Assembly (NCBI RefSeq): GCF_001194135.2
Contig: NC_068981.1
Coordinates: 180,315,600 to 180,369,217, forward strand
DNA from: Octopus bimaculoides
Taxonomy: Eukaryota
Direction of reading: 5' to 3'
Length of the DNA stretch: 53,618 nucleotides
How positions within the stretch are numbered: the stretch's first letter is position 1; every line of letters begins with the position of its first letter. The notes under the pieces were generated by a model, which worked only from the letters and a program-made list of their open reading frames with translations, was not told where the DNA came from and ran no database searches. The translations under genes were made by a program, and so were the position numbers. Of this stretch, positions 25,501 to 38,310 are shown in pieces.

Positions 25501-26109
25501 TACTATAAGCACAAAACCTCGATTCCAGGGCTCAACTGGTATTTATTTTATCGACTTCGAAATGATTAAATGCAAAAGTTAGCCCCGGCAGAATTTAAAC
25601 CCAGAACAAAGACGGACGAAATTTCGCTGAGCATTTTGTCTAACGTGCTAGCGATTCTGCTAACACGCTGGCTTGGACTAGGCTATAATATTCTTTTCTA
25701 CTCTAGGCATAAGGCCCTAAATTTTGGGGGAAGGGGCCAGTTTATTTGATCAACACCATTACGCAACTGGTACTTAATTTATCGACCCCTAAAGGATTTA
25801 AAGGCAAAGTCGACTTCGCTGGAATTTGAATCCAGAACGTAAAGACAGACGAAATACCGCTAAGCATTTCACCCGGAGTGTTAACGATTCTTATTTCTTT
25901 ATTACCCACAAGGAGCTAAACATAGAGGGGACAAACAAAGGGATTAAGTCGATTACATCGACCCCAGTGCGTAACTGGTACTTACTTAATCGACCCCGAA
26001 AGGATGAAAGGCAAAGTCGACCTCGGCGAAATTTGAACTTAGAACGTAACGGCAAACGAAATACCGCTAAGCATTTCGCCCGGCGTGCTAACGATTCTGC
26101 CAGCACGCT
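25501..26109 (-). mobile_element. Three stacked SINE family A copies (25501-25669, 25693-25891, 25892-26109)
   Basis: Three successive reverse-complement cores; the third looks youngest. Confidence 0.88.
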
Positions 26110-26140
26110 GGCTTCGACTAGGCTATAATATTAAAGAAGC

Positions 26141-26340
26141 CGACGACGATGAGTTAGCACGCCGGATAAAATCCTTAGTGGCGTTTCATCTGTCTTTACA
26201 CTCTGAGTTCAAATTTCGCCGAGGTCGAGTTTAGCTTTCATCATTTTGGGTTTGATAAAATAAATACCAATTAAGCACTGGGTTCGATGAAATCGACTTA
26301 ACCCCCCTCCCAAAAAAAAAAATTGCTACGCGTACTGAAA
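26141..26340 (+). mobile_element. SINE family A
   Basis: gttagcacgccggataaaatccttag...gagttcaaatttcgccgaggtcgag...ctttcatc. Confidence 0.82.
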
Positions 26341-26551
26341 TATCAATTTATAGTTAGCTACAAGAGACTAACTACAGAAAATAACAGCTGTATAGAGAGG
26401 TGGTGGGTAACAGTGAAGTGACATGAAGTTTTGGCAGCTTAGTCAACATGGTTCTAGTACGGAGCTGGGTGCGAAGATGTCGAATACAAAAGCAGTGATG
26501 TCAGAGATCTGAGATACGAAAGAGTGAAAGCCGGGTACTGATTCCCTTTAG

Positions 26552-26600
26552 TAGTGACAAGACGCGGCAATAAATCTGCCAAGCGTTCACTGCGAGACAT
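26552..26600 (+). CDS. Candidate 49-nt exon (xVTRRGNKSAKRSLRDx), gene unknown
   Basis: Acceptor ctgattccctttag, donor CAT|gtaagt, open frame; speculative. Confidence 0.2.
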
Positions 26601-26736
26601 GTAAGTTGCATAATAAAACATGTATGTACAACTATTTTGCACAGTAGTGAAATGCATAATCAACAGTAATGTACTTTACAAATTACGTTGACGTAGAGTT
26701 CCTTGTTGGCATTCTTCAGAAAGAATGTAGATAGGC

Positions 26737-26769
<33 letters not shown>

Positions 26770-26882
26770 GTTACCTAAATTCAGTTGATAACTCTGCTGA
26801 GCACAGAGAGACACATGCTCTCATCCAAATAGTTGCGAATATATATTTAACCTCCTTGGGGGTGTTTTAACGGTAAAAGTTG

Positions 26883-27288
26883 AATGTTTCCACCGCTGTG
26901 ACGTCACATGGGCAAATCGTTCCATTCCCATCATTCTGTCCAACAGTAAAATCTCCTGCATCATCAAAATCGATAGTTTCCACTTATTTTGCCATTATCG
27001 CCACCATATCTGCAAATATCACATTCACTTTGGTCACCGAAACCACCAAAAACAGCAAAGAAAGCTGATCCAAGCTGAAATCGTGATGGTTTGATAGAGT
27101 GTTAAGAAGAGCATCGAAGACCCATCTACCACACGTTCACCATCACCATCACCATAACTATCAATACCACCCCTACAGAAACAATAACAGCAAAATCATA
27201 ACTACAGCCACAACTAAAAAAGAAAGAACGGAACCAAAATCAAATAGAACAACTACAGCAAAACCATACAACTATCGTCTTCAACTTC
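26883..27288 (+). repeat. Unclassified ~400-bp repeat, inverted partner of 24383-24783
   Basis: See partner feature. Confidence 0.85.
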
Positions 27289-27685
27289 TACCGGTAAAAA
27301 CGCGGATTTATGCATTACAACTTCTCTTTCCAAATGCAAGTGCAGAAAGTAGATGTGAATTCGCCTGGTCCAGATCAATTTTAACAGCTGTAGGTTCTTC
27401 ACAGCACATTGTTAATATTCCACATTGTAAGTATTTCACGAGATACTGGCCCATGTTCTATGATACCAGATGGTCACCCTTTACAGCAGCAATAATTTAT
27501 ATTTTGTGGTAGGTGAATCGCTATTTCTGGATCTGCTAGAAATTGCACACTGTTTATCAGAATCCATAATATCGTCACATTTGTATGACTTGACTCACGC
27601 TAGTCAAGTGGGAAAAATTCGAGCATGAATTGAAAGAGAAATACACAGTATGAGTCTATGAAGATGTTGGTATTCTAATAATAAG

Positions 27686-28061
27686 TGTTGTTGGCACTCC
27701 GTCGCTTACGACGTCGAGGGTTCCAGTTGATCCGATCAACGGAACAGCCTGCTCGTGAAATTAACGTGCAAGTGGCTGAGCACTCCACAGACACGTGTAC
27801 CCTTAACGTAGTTCTCGGGAATATTCAGCGTGACACAGTGTGACAAGGATGACCCTTTGAATTACAGGCACAACAGAAACAGGAAGTAAGAGTGAGAGAA
27901 AGTTGTGGTGAAAGAGTTCAGCAGGGTTCGCCACCATCCCCTGCCGGAGCCTCGTGGAGCTTTAGGTGTTTTCGCTCAATAAACACTCACAACGCCCGGT
28001 CTGGGAATCGAAACCGCGATCTTATGACCGCTGCCCTAACCACTAGGCCATTGCGCCTCCA
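27686..28061 (-). mobile_element. SINE family B, near full length and young
   Basis: Reverse complement includes A-box-like tggcctagtgg and B-box-like ggtttcgattcc. Confidence 0.92.
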
Positions 28062-28142
28062 CGATGATATGTGTACAAAGTTGAATAACTAAAAGAAGAA
28101 ATAATGAATCACAGGACAATCGGTGATGTTGCGCAAGTTTAG

Positions 28143-28239
28143 CAAGAGCAACAGGACCCTTCCAAAAGATGTTGGATCTTGCATTCAAGTTGTAGAACAA
28201 CTAGAATGGTGTAATGATCACACAAATAAAATCCTACAG
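28143..28239 (+). CDS. Candidate exon (KSNRTLPKDVGSCIQVVEQLEWCNDHTNKILQ), gene unknown
   Basis: Strong donor CAG|gtaagc at 28240; frame open from 28108; acceptor uncertain (28115, 28143 or 28196). Confidence 0.3.
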
Positions 28240-28397
28240 GTAAGCTGTTCTGAGAACATCGAGCATTAACTGGTAACGTGTAAACTGCTACAGATGTGCT
28301 ACTGCCTGTTCTCTTAAGTTTAGCAGAAAAGCAGATAACATTCATAGATAGAAGTCCATTTTTGTTAATTCTAACCTGGAATCTCAGCATTCCCATT

Positions 28398-28501
<104 letters not shown>

Positions 28502-28517
28502 GCTACTACAATTGCAG

Positions 28518-28559
28518 ATACTCTTCGAAGGATATCCAGTAAAGAATTCTTTCGTAAAG
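28518..28559 (+). CDS. Candidate 42-nt phase 0-0 exon (ILFEGYPVKNSFVK), gene unknown
   Basis: Acceptor attgcag after (TG)n, weak donor AAG|gttata; in phase with the preceding candidate. Confidence 0.2.
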
Positions 28560-28804
28560 GTTATATAAAAATATGGATACCTGACACGCGCTATGTTATG
28601 AGATAATGCACTGTTTCGTCAATAGCATAGTGCAGAAGACAGAACGACGCTTGCATCACGTACAAGTTTTTTGTTTTATTTTTTAAGCCACGTCTTAATG
28701 CAACTTTGGCTTTATTTTGGTTGTCAATGATGGAACGCTTGTAGAAAACGTTTAAGACAAGCATTATAGACAACTTGATAGCACGACTCTAAGGAACTTA
28801 TTAA

Positions 28805-29354
28805 TCGGACGAATTTTGGTTTAAGCACCCCATTTACCCCATATAACTTTTTTCACTTTTTGGAATTTTCAGAGAATTTTGCGTATTTGTGTTCTGCACA
28901 TGGGAATTCATAAGATTATCAAAAATCTTTTTTTTTTTTAGTTTTGAAATCTCATCCCCATAAATCCTACAAGTTCCACACTCTTTCGAAATTTTGTGTT
29001 TTAAATCAGTTTAAAATACGGCTAGTATGAATTTTTGCTTAAATCCTCGCAATGGACACCCTTTGGTGCATCATCATTCCATTAAATGTGTTTATGGGGA
29101 GAAAAATATTGTAAAGCATCAATACATGTCAGAGTGACAAAGAAACATGAACGTACCTGGTGGTCACGAGATGTGCTAAAAACAACCACTAAATCGCACT
29201 TAAATCACACAAAAAATATTTCATCATAATCATAAGAATTGCCGTGTGTAGAACACAAATTCTCAAAAAATTTCTGAAAATTACGAAAAATAAAAAAAAG
29301 TTATATGGGCTACTTAACTAGGGGTTACATGGGATACTTAAACTAGAATTCCGC
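28805..29354. mobile_element. MITE-like element with ~120-bp imperfect TIRs flanked by TTAA
   Basis: 28811-28925 is inverted-similar to 29221-29350; ttaa at 28801-28804 and 29355-29358. Confidence 0.75.
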
Positions 29355-30215
29355 TTAATAATCTACTTCAACCTATCTAAGTGATAGAGAAGTATACACA
29401 GGAAAACATGACCAAGTGGCAATTCGCAAGATAGAACTGTTGAAAGCGCAATCGTTAGTTGACTACGAATGTCAAAAAAATCGCATCTAATTATTATTGG
29501 GTCATATCCTATGAATCAAGCGGTCCACAAGGACCACCGTAGCAACTGCTTTGCTGTTTTCCTCAGTGAAAGAAATCTAACAGTCAATTTATACCTAATG
29601 TATGAAAGCGAACGGTTTTGCACCACGTTTTTCCAAACGCGGAGCTTGCTATTTTCGATCTCTTGAGGTTGGTGAGGGTAGAGAAAAAAATACTGACCTC
29701 GAGAAAATTTTATGTAAAGACGGATTAAAGTTACGCGTTCAGCATTGGTTAGACGGCGGCCAACATTTCATTTCATTTCATATACATGTGTGTACGTGTA
29801 TCATGTGTGTGTTTAGGTACATATACATATCTCTGTATGTATATATATNNNNNNNNNNNNNNNNNNNNNNNNNNNNNNNNNNNNNNNNNNNNNNNNNNNN
29901 NNNNNNNNNNNNNNNNNNNNNNNNNNNNNNNNNNNNNNNNNNNNNNNNNNNNNNNNNNNNNNNNNNNNNNNNNNNNNNNNNNNNNNNNNNNNNNNNNNNN
30001 NNNNNNNNNNNNNNNNNNNNNNNNNNNNNNNNNNNNNNNNNNNNNNNNNNNNNNNNNNNNNNNNNNNNNNNNNNNNNNNNNNNNNNNNNNNNNNNNNNNN
30101 NNNNNNNNNNNNNNNNNNNNNNNNNNNNNNNNNNNNNNNNNNNNNNNNNNNNNNNNNNNNNNNNNNNNNNNNNNNNNNNNNNNNNNNNNNNNNNNNNNNN
30201 NNNNNNNNNNNNNNN

Positions 30216-30268
<53 letters not shown>

Positions 30269-31585
30269 AAGAAAGAAAGAAAGAAAGAAAGTAGGGAGGC
30301 TACAATGAATAAAACTAAATGCATGAGATGATTATGAAACTGAAATAAAGTAATGATATAATATAGAAAAAAGAAAATCAACAACATACTCTGCATGTTA
30401 AATTATATTTTTAAAAAGAAGTCGATCGAACAGAGGAAATGCAATCTCTTAGATATGAAAAATAATTTCTCATGTATTTAGTTTCAATATATACATTTTT
30501 TTTAATATGGTCACATTGAGCAAATTATGACATATTCTTGTCATTTTAAAAATCACAGTTTATATGAAACCCAATGACTTTCTCCAGCGCCACCACCACC
30601 ACCACCACCAATGCAACTACAAAACCAACGACTACAACGTCAGCAACAGCAAAATACCGCAAAAACATAAACGACAATTCCAAAAATCTCTGTAAAAAAC
30701 TTTAATAGCAAGTAATAACAATAACAATCCCGTTTACAACATCAAAAACGGTAACAATACTGAAGCAAAAAAAATATACCAACAATATGAACAGAAGCTA
30801 CAACAGCAACAACAGAATTCCCTAACAATGATTCCGACATTTCGTGCTTGCAATTAGCTCTTTCTTTTTTTCTAATCATCCCTTTTGATATTGCTGTCAT
30901 GACAACCCAACGGCATATAATTCTTCTCATTCTCCCCTCCACCGACGAAGCCACCAGCTCACCTCTCCAAATAGAACTCGTGACAAACCACAGTAATATT
31001 TCCTATGTGAGTCGTATTTTCTATATGCTTCTTCATCAGGAATATATTATGTTAAATGAAAGTGATTAAACCTTTTGCCACATTAAATAACATATTTTCT
31101 AAACACCTTACCGTGATTGTAATTATCTTTGCTTAGTCAGGGCCTTTATTTGGTATCACGCGACAAAAAAGCAACTTGTAGAGCCAGCCTCATGTATAAG
31201 TATCTCCCTTGAAGACACAATATGTTACGTGTATGACATTAAGTTTTAACCAAACTATCCAGAGGTTCGATACGGTTAACAAATAAGACTACTTAGAGTA
31301 ACGCGTAATACTCTTAAAAGATTGCAAATCAATGTCTGTATTTAAGATTTGTCTTTTTCTTGGGTCTCTTGTTTAAGTTTCACTAACACCAATTTTCTGA
31401 TTTCAGGTCAAGTAACAGGATACAAGTTTTCCCTTGCACAGTAAGCTAATCACCAACACTATTTACAGTTCTGAGAAACCATAATTTCAATGCTATGTTT
31501 TCATACACTCAGGAACATACATATACATAAAGAGAGAGAAAGAGAGTGAGAGAGGGATATATACATAAAATTACATATATACATA

Positions 31586-31616
<31 letters not shown>

Positions 31617-31796
31617 NNNNNNNNNNNNNNNNNNNNNNNNNNNNNNNNNNNNNNNNNNNNNNNNNNNNNNNNNNNNNNNNNNNNNNNNNNNNNNNNNNNN
31701 NNNNNNNNNNNNNNNNNNNNNNNNNNNNNNNNNNNNNNNNNNNNNNNNNNNNNNNNNNNNNNNNNNNNNNNNNNNNNNNNNNNNNNNNNNNNNNNN

Positions 31797-32102
31797 GCGG
31801 TGAATAAAATGTCGTCTGAATTACACAAAAGTGAAAATAACACTGACATCTCATTTTAAGAGATATATTTACCAAAATTGCCTAAAAATATATTGAAATA
31901 CTAAAGAGTAAATTTATTCAATAAAATCGCCATTGGCTTCAACTACGGCCTCCAGACGACTTCGGAATCTCCTACAACTCTTCTGGACGGTCTCCTTGTT
32001 TAAGTTGGTCGAAACTGCCATAATCCCTGTCTTCAGTTCATCTTCGGTGTTACAAGGAGTTTTCTTGGTCTCTCGCTCAACTGCGACCCACACATAATCA
32101 AG
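31797..32102 (-). pseudogene. 3' end of a maT (DD37D)-type Tc1/mariner transposon
   Basis: 31914-32102 minus strand encodes LDYVWVAVERETKKTPCNTEDELKTGIMAVSTNLNKETVQKSCRRFRSRLEAVVEANGDFIE*, followed by subterminal sequence running into a gap. Confidence 0.85.
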
Positions 32103-33715
32103 CAGGACAGAAACAGAACACCATATATCTACTTAACCATTGCAGTATAGAAACAGTTGCATATGAGACTGAAGAAGTGTAAAAAGATCCCAATGGAGAG
32201 GAGTTGTGCGATTTGTGGGTGCAGCAGAGGGTCCTTTCACGACTAGATTCAATAACTACATGTCCTTCTTTAATATCTAAGAAAGGCGAAATATCACATC
32301 TCTAGCGTGACACATATGGACACTGAAGGAAAACACTGCACATTACATCAAGTGGTGGATAATACACATGATTGTAAAAGCAACCATCTCCAACCATTCC
32401 CCAACATCTTTACTCCATTGCACCCTCACCCCTGGCACAACCCCAATCTACAGGCAATTATCTCCCATACCGTGGTAGACATTTTCGTTCCTAAAACAAG
32501 ACGCATACCTTCAATGAATTAAAAATTCTTCCATCATGGATTTTGGGCTAGACATTTTTTTTTTGTTTACAGAAGCCGTTAGACCCGTTCAGATCTTTAG
32601 TAGCAAAGAACTCAAGTCATTCTATTAATTTTACTCATTCCTTTCCTCCTTTTCAGATTATTGCGAGATTCTGTTTTTCTCAACTACTGTCTTGAAACCG
32701 ATTGCTATACTGGCTCGTATGAGAATATGGCATTGGATTATATTAGCAATAAGAATAATATATATGCATATACAATAAGAGAATATAGTGTAGCCTTTTG
32801 TTCAAACTAAGCTAAGTACGTTTCTACAGCATGGCTATATTGTATTATATAATACATTATTTCATCGGTTGAAAATGCCCGAAGTAGTGAATTGGTTATA
32901 TGATTCCTGTTGTGTAATTCATATTACATAATCTCACATTATGCAATACATTACGAACAAATATATAGCCATGCTATCGAAACCTGCGTAACTTAATTTG
33001 GACAAAAACTACTCTCTATTCCTATGCTTTATTACAGTTACCCCACGTTACATGTACAACAGATGTTGCTATATACATCGGATTTATGGAGTATTTACTA
33101 TCATTTAACTAGTTAATATTGTGCTGCTCACTTTCAGTTATAACAAAACAAATTTTACATTAATCTGAAGGGTTACTCTACACTTTTGTAGAGTACAAAT
33201 TTATTATCCTTAAACAAAAATAATATTAACATGACTTTGAAGTTTCAGCCAACTAAGACATTATGGGACTGTGACACGTTGAATTTAATCTTAGTTTTAT
33301 ACAGGTTCTGTTCAATTAAAATATTCCTTGGGTACGTGGGTTTGAGTGGAGTAGTTATTAGGTTGTCGGGTGGGTTGTGATGGAGAGGTGCTTTGAGGAA
33401 AATTTTATTGATTAAATTTGGGATTATGTTATTGCTTAGAATTTCTTCCTACCTGTACAACTTTGTAAGATTGTGTGTATATTAAGACATATTCGCTTCA
33501 GGTCATGAAATTGTTCTTTAGAGTTTCACAAAATATGGAGATATGTATAGGAGGTTTCTTGATCAGTGGATGTGCTAGTTATTTTTTTGTTTTATTGGAT
33601 TTAATCCTTTCTTTTAGTTATTTTTTGTTTTATAGGCTTTAATGCTTTGCTTTGACAATGTAACGGTCAAAGGTTCAAAGTTTAGTCCAGTATTTAAAAG
33701 CTAAATAACTGGGTA

Positions 33716-33913
33716 TCTTTTACTTGTTTCAGTCATTTGACTGCGATCATGCTGGGGTACCCCGCTTGAGGAACATTCGGTCGAATGTATCGATCCCAGT
33801 ACTTTCATTTAAAGCCTGGTACTATCAGTCTCTTTTGTCGAAACGCTAAGTTACGGGGATGTAAACAGACCAGCACTTATTGTCAAGCGGTGGCACGAAC
33901 AAACAGACACAAA

Positions 33914-33957
<44 letters not shown>

Positions 33958-34125
33958 TATATACGATGGGCTTCTTTCAGTTTCCGCTTACCAATTACAT
34001 TCACATGGCTTTGGTCGGCCCGAGGCTATAGAAGACATTTGCCCAAGGTGCCACGCAGTGGGACTGAACCCGATACCATGTGGGTGGAGAGCAAGCTTCT
34101 TACTACACAATCAGGCCTGCTCCTA
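33716..34125 (-). mobile_element. SINE family C (older)
   Basis: Full reverse-complement architecture with internal (CA)n. Confidence 0.88.
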
Positions 34126-35269
34126 TATGTAAGTCAACTTTTTTTCTAATGGAATTTTTTAAGGGTTCACAAAACAACGTAAGTAAGTGGTATGTTTTAG
34201 CTGGTCAGTTTCTTTACTTGTTGTTTTTGTTTTTGTTATTTATGGTGTTTCCTGTTTGTATTTGGTAGAGTGGGGTTATTAGTCGGACATTTCATGGTGG
34301 TGTTAGTATAGAATTCTGCTTATCGCTTCATCACCCTCCAGAATACACATAGTAATGCTCAAGAGATTTAATGTCTGGATAAGCAAGTTAGGCAGGTCAT
34401 TTCACAAAGTATATTAAATACAAGAAATACAAAAAATGTATGTATATTTACATACAAAAAGGTCTGACTTACACAGAATAGAAATGATATCAAGAATTAA
34501 AGGGGTTGAAGAAAAGTATTACAAATCCAACAGCTGTTTCTGGGGGATCGGTGGTTCAAAATATATAAGTAGTTATGCATGTATATTCTCAATAAAGGGT
34601 TTCGTTTTTGTTTTCTACCTTTTTCCGTTTTTCTTCTTTTCGTGCACGAACGTTTCAGTTTTAATAGCAGCGTGAATTGTCGTCTTTTCTGATATGATAT
34701 CGATTTCTGGCGTAGACCAGAAGCCTTAGCTGCATAAGAAAAGAATAAGAAGAAAAAAGGATTGTCTTATACTCATGGTTTTCGTAATGTTATCAGGAAA
34801 TTGACAATGGTCAGAAATACAACTGTAAAACAACCATTAATGATTGGTTGATGTTACAAACCTACTGGTATGATAATCCTAGTTGACAACCATAACACTC
34901 AACTAAATATTCTCATCTGTCAACGATATCTGAAATTTGTCTGTCAGTAACTGAAAATGCTTTTTGCTAAAATAGCGGGTGAAGTTAATCGCTTCATAAT
35001 AGTATAGTAAAAGTTATTTTACTTAGCTGTGGTCCACTTCGTTGTTCATTTATTCGAAATATTTTACTGAAACATTTAGAGTAGGCACCACTTGTGTGTT
35101 GAAGGTGCTGCTGTTCTCCGTCTCTGAATGCAGAAGTCGATGTCTCATCAGACGACGAAGAAGTTTCATAAGTGCTTCGGCCCCTTCCACTGCGACACCA
35201 GAATAGCTCGAGGTCATATCTCTCACACAAAAGAACAGATTTTATTGAATCAGATGTTGAAACTCTGGG

Positions 35270-35800
35270 CTTAATGTTTCAACCATCCTCACTGCTCGTC
35301 CTTACTGCATCGCTTGTGCTTTTTCTTGAGTCAGATGTAATAGCTTGTCTTCTCAGCGGCATAGGATAATTTTCTGCAACATTTTTTTACTCCTTTGCAG
35401 CTAGTCCAAGTCTCCTGAACATCAAGTGAACTCTGATTCCAGCAAATCCTCTAACACCCATCTCTTCAGGAAGGCACATTGCATCCCATCCATTGTTCTC
35501 ACAAAGTTCAACCAACTCACAGTATTTTTGTCCTTCCTGAGGGAAGCGCCTCCGATGTTCGCTTCCCAGTGAACTATTAGCTCCGCAATCTTCACTACGT
35601 TTCTTCTTTGTACCATATAACAAGGTCGAGTCTTTTTGCTATAAAAACTGGGTAGTGATATTTACAATAAAGGTCAACAGAGAACTACCAAGTTCATCCC
35701 CATTTTCGCTCATCCTTTTTCCTTGGGGGTGGATAGCTTGCACAGTTGACCTTCCCTACAAATTTCTTTTCTATGCTCCACCACCTGCGGTTTTTCCCCG
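35270..35800 (-). mobile_element. HERO/R2-superfamily LINE restriction-like endonuclease remnant
   Basis: Minus-strand RLDLVIW, VVKIAELIVHWEANIG, KYCELVELCENNGWDAMCLPEEMGVRGFAG, KLSYAAEK resemble the PD..ELTVPWE..KY..GW..VEVGCRGF pattern. Confidence 0.6.
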
Positions 35801-36559
35801 TCGTCAATATGTCTTACCCTCCTCGTCACTACATCAGCCAGTACTCTAAGTACTTGACTATGCCACTATATGTATCGATATGTATCTGTTTTCCATGCCT
35901 AGTGGGAAATAGGAAATGATGTGCATCATCGTTCCAGCCTTAACATATTTTCACAGACCACTCGCCTCTATTTTGCAACGCTTGTCCTACTAAAATTAAA
36001 ATCCAAATTTCTTCCTAGTGTCTCAAAAAATTCCACACTGATTAATATGGTTTTGGGTACACAATGACTGAGAAAAGAGACTAAATGGGCATGGTAAGTC
36101 AAGTACTTAGTCATAGATTTGTTCGTTCAGAACAAGAGCAGGACAAACCAAAACAACGATGCTGACGTTATGTCACTATATAAAAATATGTAAAGATAGC
36201 TGAGTGTAATATTGTACAGTTTGGGGACACCAGTAACAGTGTTAACCAATGAAACATTATGCAATATTCTTACCAGGTTCTCTCGGGTGTAATCAATAAA
36301 TAAATGAATAATCGTCCCAGGCAGTTGTGATGAATGTTGTCAACTTTGTGATTTTTAACATGTTTGTATTAGCTAAGTGTATCACCAGGCTAACCCATAT
36401 AATATTTGAGCTTAGGGATTCAAGTTAAAGGAACATTCGACAAATATTCGTGATAGGCTGCAGCAACTCCTCATAAATTCTGTTTAGAGTTACAAGAACG
36501 AGTGTTCAAGTTGGAAGAAAAACTAACCTGATTTATGCTCGCCTATTGATCTGACTAAG

Positions 36560-37077
36560 TGGAGGCACAATGGCCCATTGGTTAGGGCAGCGGACTCGTG
36601 GTCTTAGGATCGCGGTTTCGATTCCCAGACCGGACGTTTAAGGTGCCATGCAGTGGGACTGAACCCGGAACCACGTGGTTGGTAAGCAAGCTACTTACCA
36701 CACAGCCACTCCTGCGCCTATATAAAACTGTAGAACGATATCTAAGACATAATCAAAATATTTAACATAATACTTTAGACTATACACAAAAGCTGAAATT
36801 TTGAGGGGAGCACGAGGTTCCAGCAGGGGATGGTGGCGAACCCTGCTGTACTCTTTCACCACAACTTTCTCTCACTCTTTCTTCCTGTTTCTGTTGTGCC
36901 TGTAATTCAAAGGGTCAGCCTTGTCACACTGTGTCACACTGAATCTCCCCGAGAACTACGTTAAGGGTACACGTGTCTGTGGAGTGCTCAGCCACTTGCA
37001 CGTTAATTTCACGGGCAGGCTGTTCCGTTGATCGGATCAACTGGTACACTCCTCGTCGTAACCGATGGAGTGCCAAC
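36560..37077 (+). mobile_element. SINE family B interrupted by a 173-bp templated insertion (36640-36812)
   Basis: Head 36560-36638 and body 36813-37077 are colinear with other B copies. Confidence 0.9.
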
Positions 37078-37984
37078 GATCTGACTAACTACAAAACGTC
37101 TCTGATAGTAGTGTTAGGAATAGCAAATTAATATTTTAGTTCTAAATTAACACCGAGAATTCATTTTTAACACTCATGACGATGTCTGACAGATATAAAT
37201 CTGATTGACATAGACGCCAAAAAGATTTCGTATTATTTAACTTTTCATTTCCGTCTATGCAATCAAACTGATTGAAACCAATAAATGCATAGTAATGAAT
37301 AGATATGCTTGAACGTCAAAATATATACTGACTGTCCCCTAAGGAGGGCTAGACTTAAACATTGTACTGATCGTTTAAGATGAAGTTTCAATTCTGGAAC
37401 ATTTAGTGTAAACGAAAAAAACTGTTTCAAAAGGATAAGAAACTTATTAAGTCCTTCTAATCGATAGCTAGAAGATGTTTTACCTACAATCCGACACCTT
37501 AGAAGAATTAGCAATGATTGATAACATATCACTGATGCTGTTATGTACATAGCTCCTGTACGTACTTAAGTTTTTATATAGCACAGTTTACCTTGCTACT
37601 AACAGATAGCGACTATGTATGGTACAGCATATCGTGGTAAGCAGCAAGTGTACTGCTCGCAGCGAGTTTAAAGTTTTATCATTGTATATACAATGGTAAA
37701 CTTACTCTGGCTAAGCTGATCTAAATATACAACATAATGATTAGCAAACCGAACCAAAGATGAAACCTCTAAATAGTCGCTCAAACGGCTAGAAATGGCA
37801 GGTAAATCTTCCTATTATGCATCATGTTGAAGTGTTGCCCAAAGTACGCTATGCCCGAAACTCGGGATCATATGCCTTTGAAAATAGTTCTACACGAACA
37901 GGGCTCGACTCTGGAGTAAACAAAATCAGCAATATAAAAGTTACGGAGTGAACGAGACAGCTTCTACTGAGTTCGTTGGGTTGG

Positions 37985-38060
37985 CAGAAAGAACATCTTG
38001 TCCTCACCTTTGTTGTTAACACATTTCGGCTGGTATACCCTCCAGTCTTCATCAGGTGTC

Positions 38061-38097
<37 letters not shown>

Positions 38098-38170
38098 TCA
38101 CTGTCTGGAATCGAACTCGAAATCTTGGGATTAGTAGCCCGCGCTCTTAACCACTACGCCATATGCCCAC
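37985..38170 (-). mobile_element. tRNA-headed SINE family E: tRNA-like head + (AAT)n + Penelope-like 3' part
   Basis: Head gggcatatggcgtagtggttaagagcgcgggctactaatcccaagatttcgagttcgattcc with A/B-box-like motifs; then (AAT)n and cctgatgaagactgg...ccagccgaaa. Confidence 0.7.
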
Positions 38171-38213
38171 AGGCAGGAGGAAATACACTTGCTGAAGACC
38201 TGACTTTGAAAAT

Positions 38214-38217
<4 letters not shown>

Positions 38218-38288
<71 letters not shown>

Positions 38289-38310
38289 TCATCAGCAGCA
38301 GCAGCAGGAT
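38218..38310. repeat. (TAG)n plus (CAG)n microsatellite
   Basis: Directly visible. Confidence 0.95.

Noticed and set aside
33230-34330. Possible Penelope-like ORF remnant on the minus strand around the SINE C
   Set aside because: Only vague resemblance (LNTGLNFEP); no defensible motif chain
36488-36531. Possible terminal exon xLQERVFKLEEKLT*
   Set aside because: Short enough to arise by chance and not phase-linked to the other candidates
38094-38170. Possible tRNA gene (also the family B heads)
   Set aside because: No convincing acceptor stem or cloverleaf; fused to SINE bodies or tails
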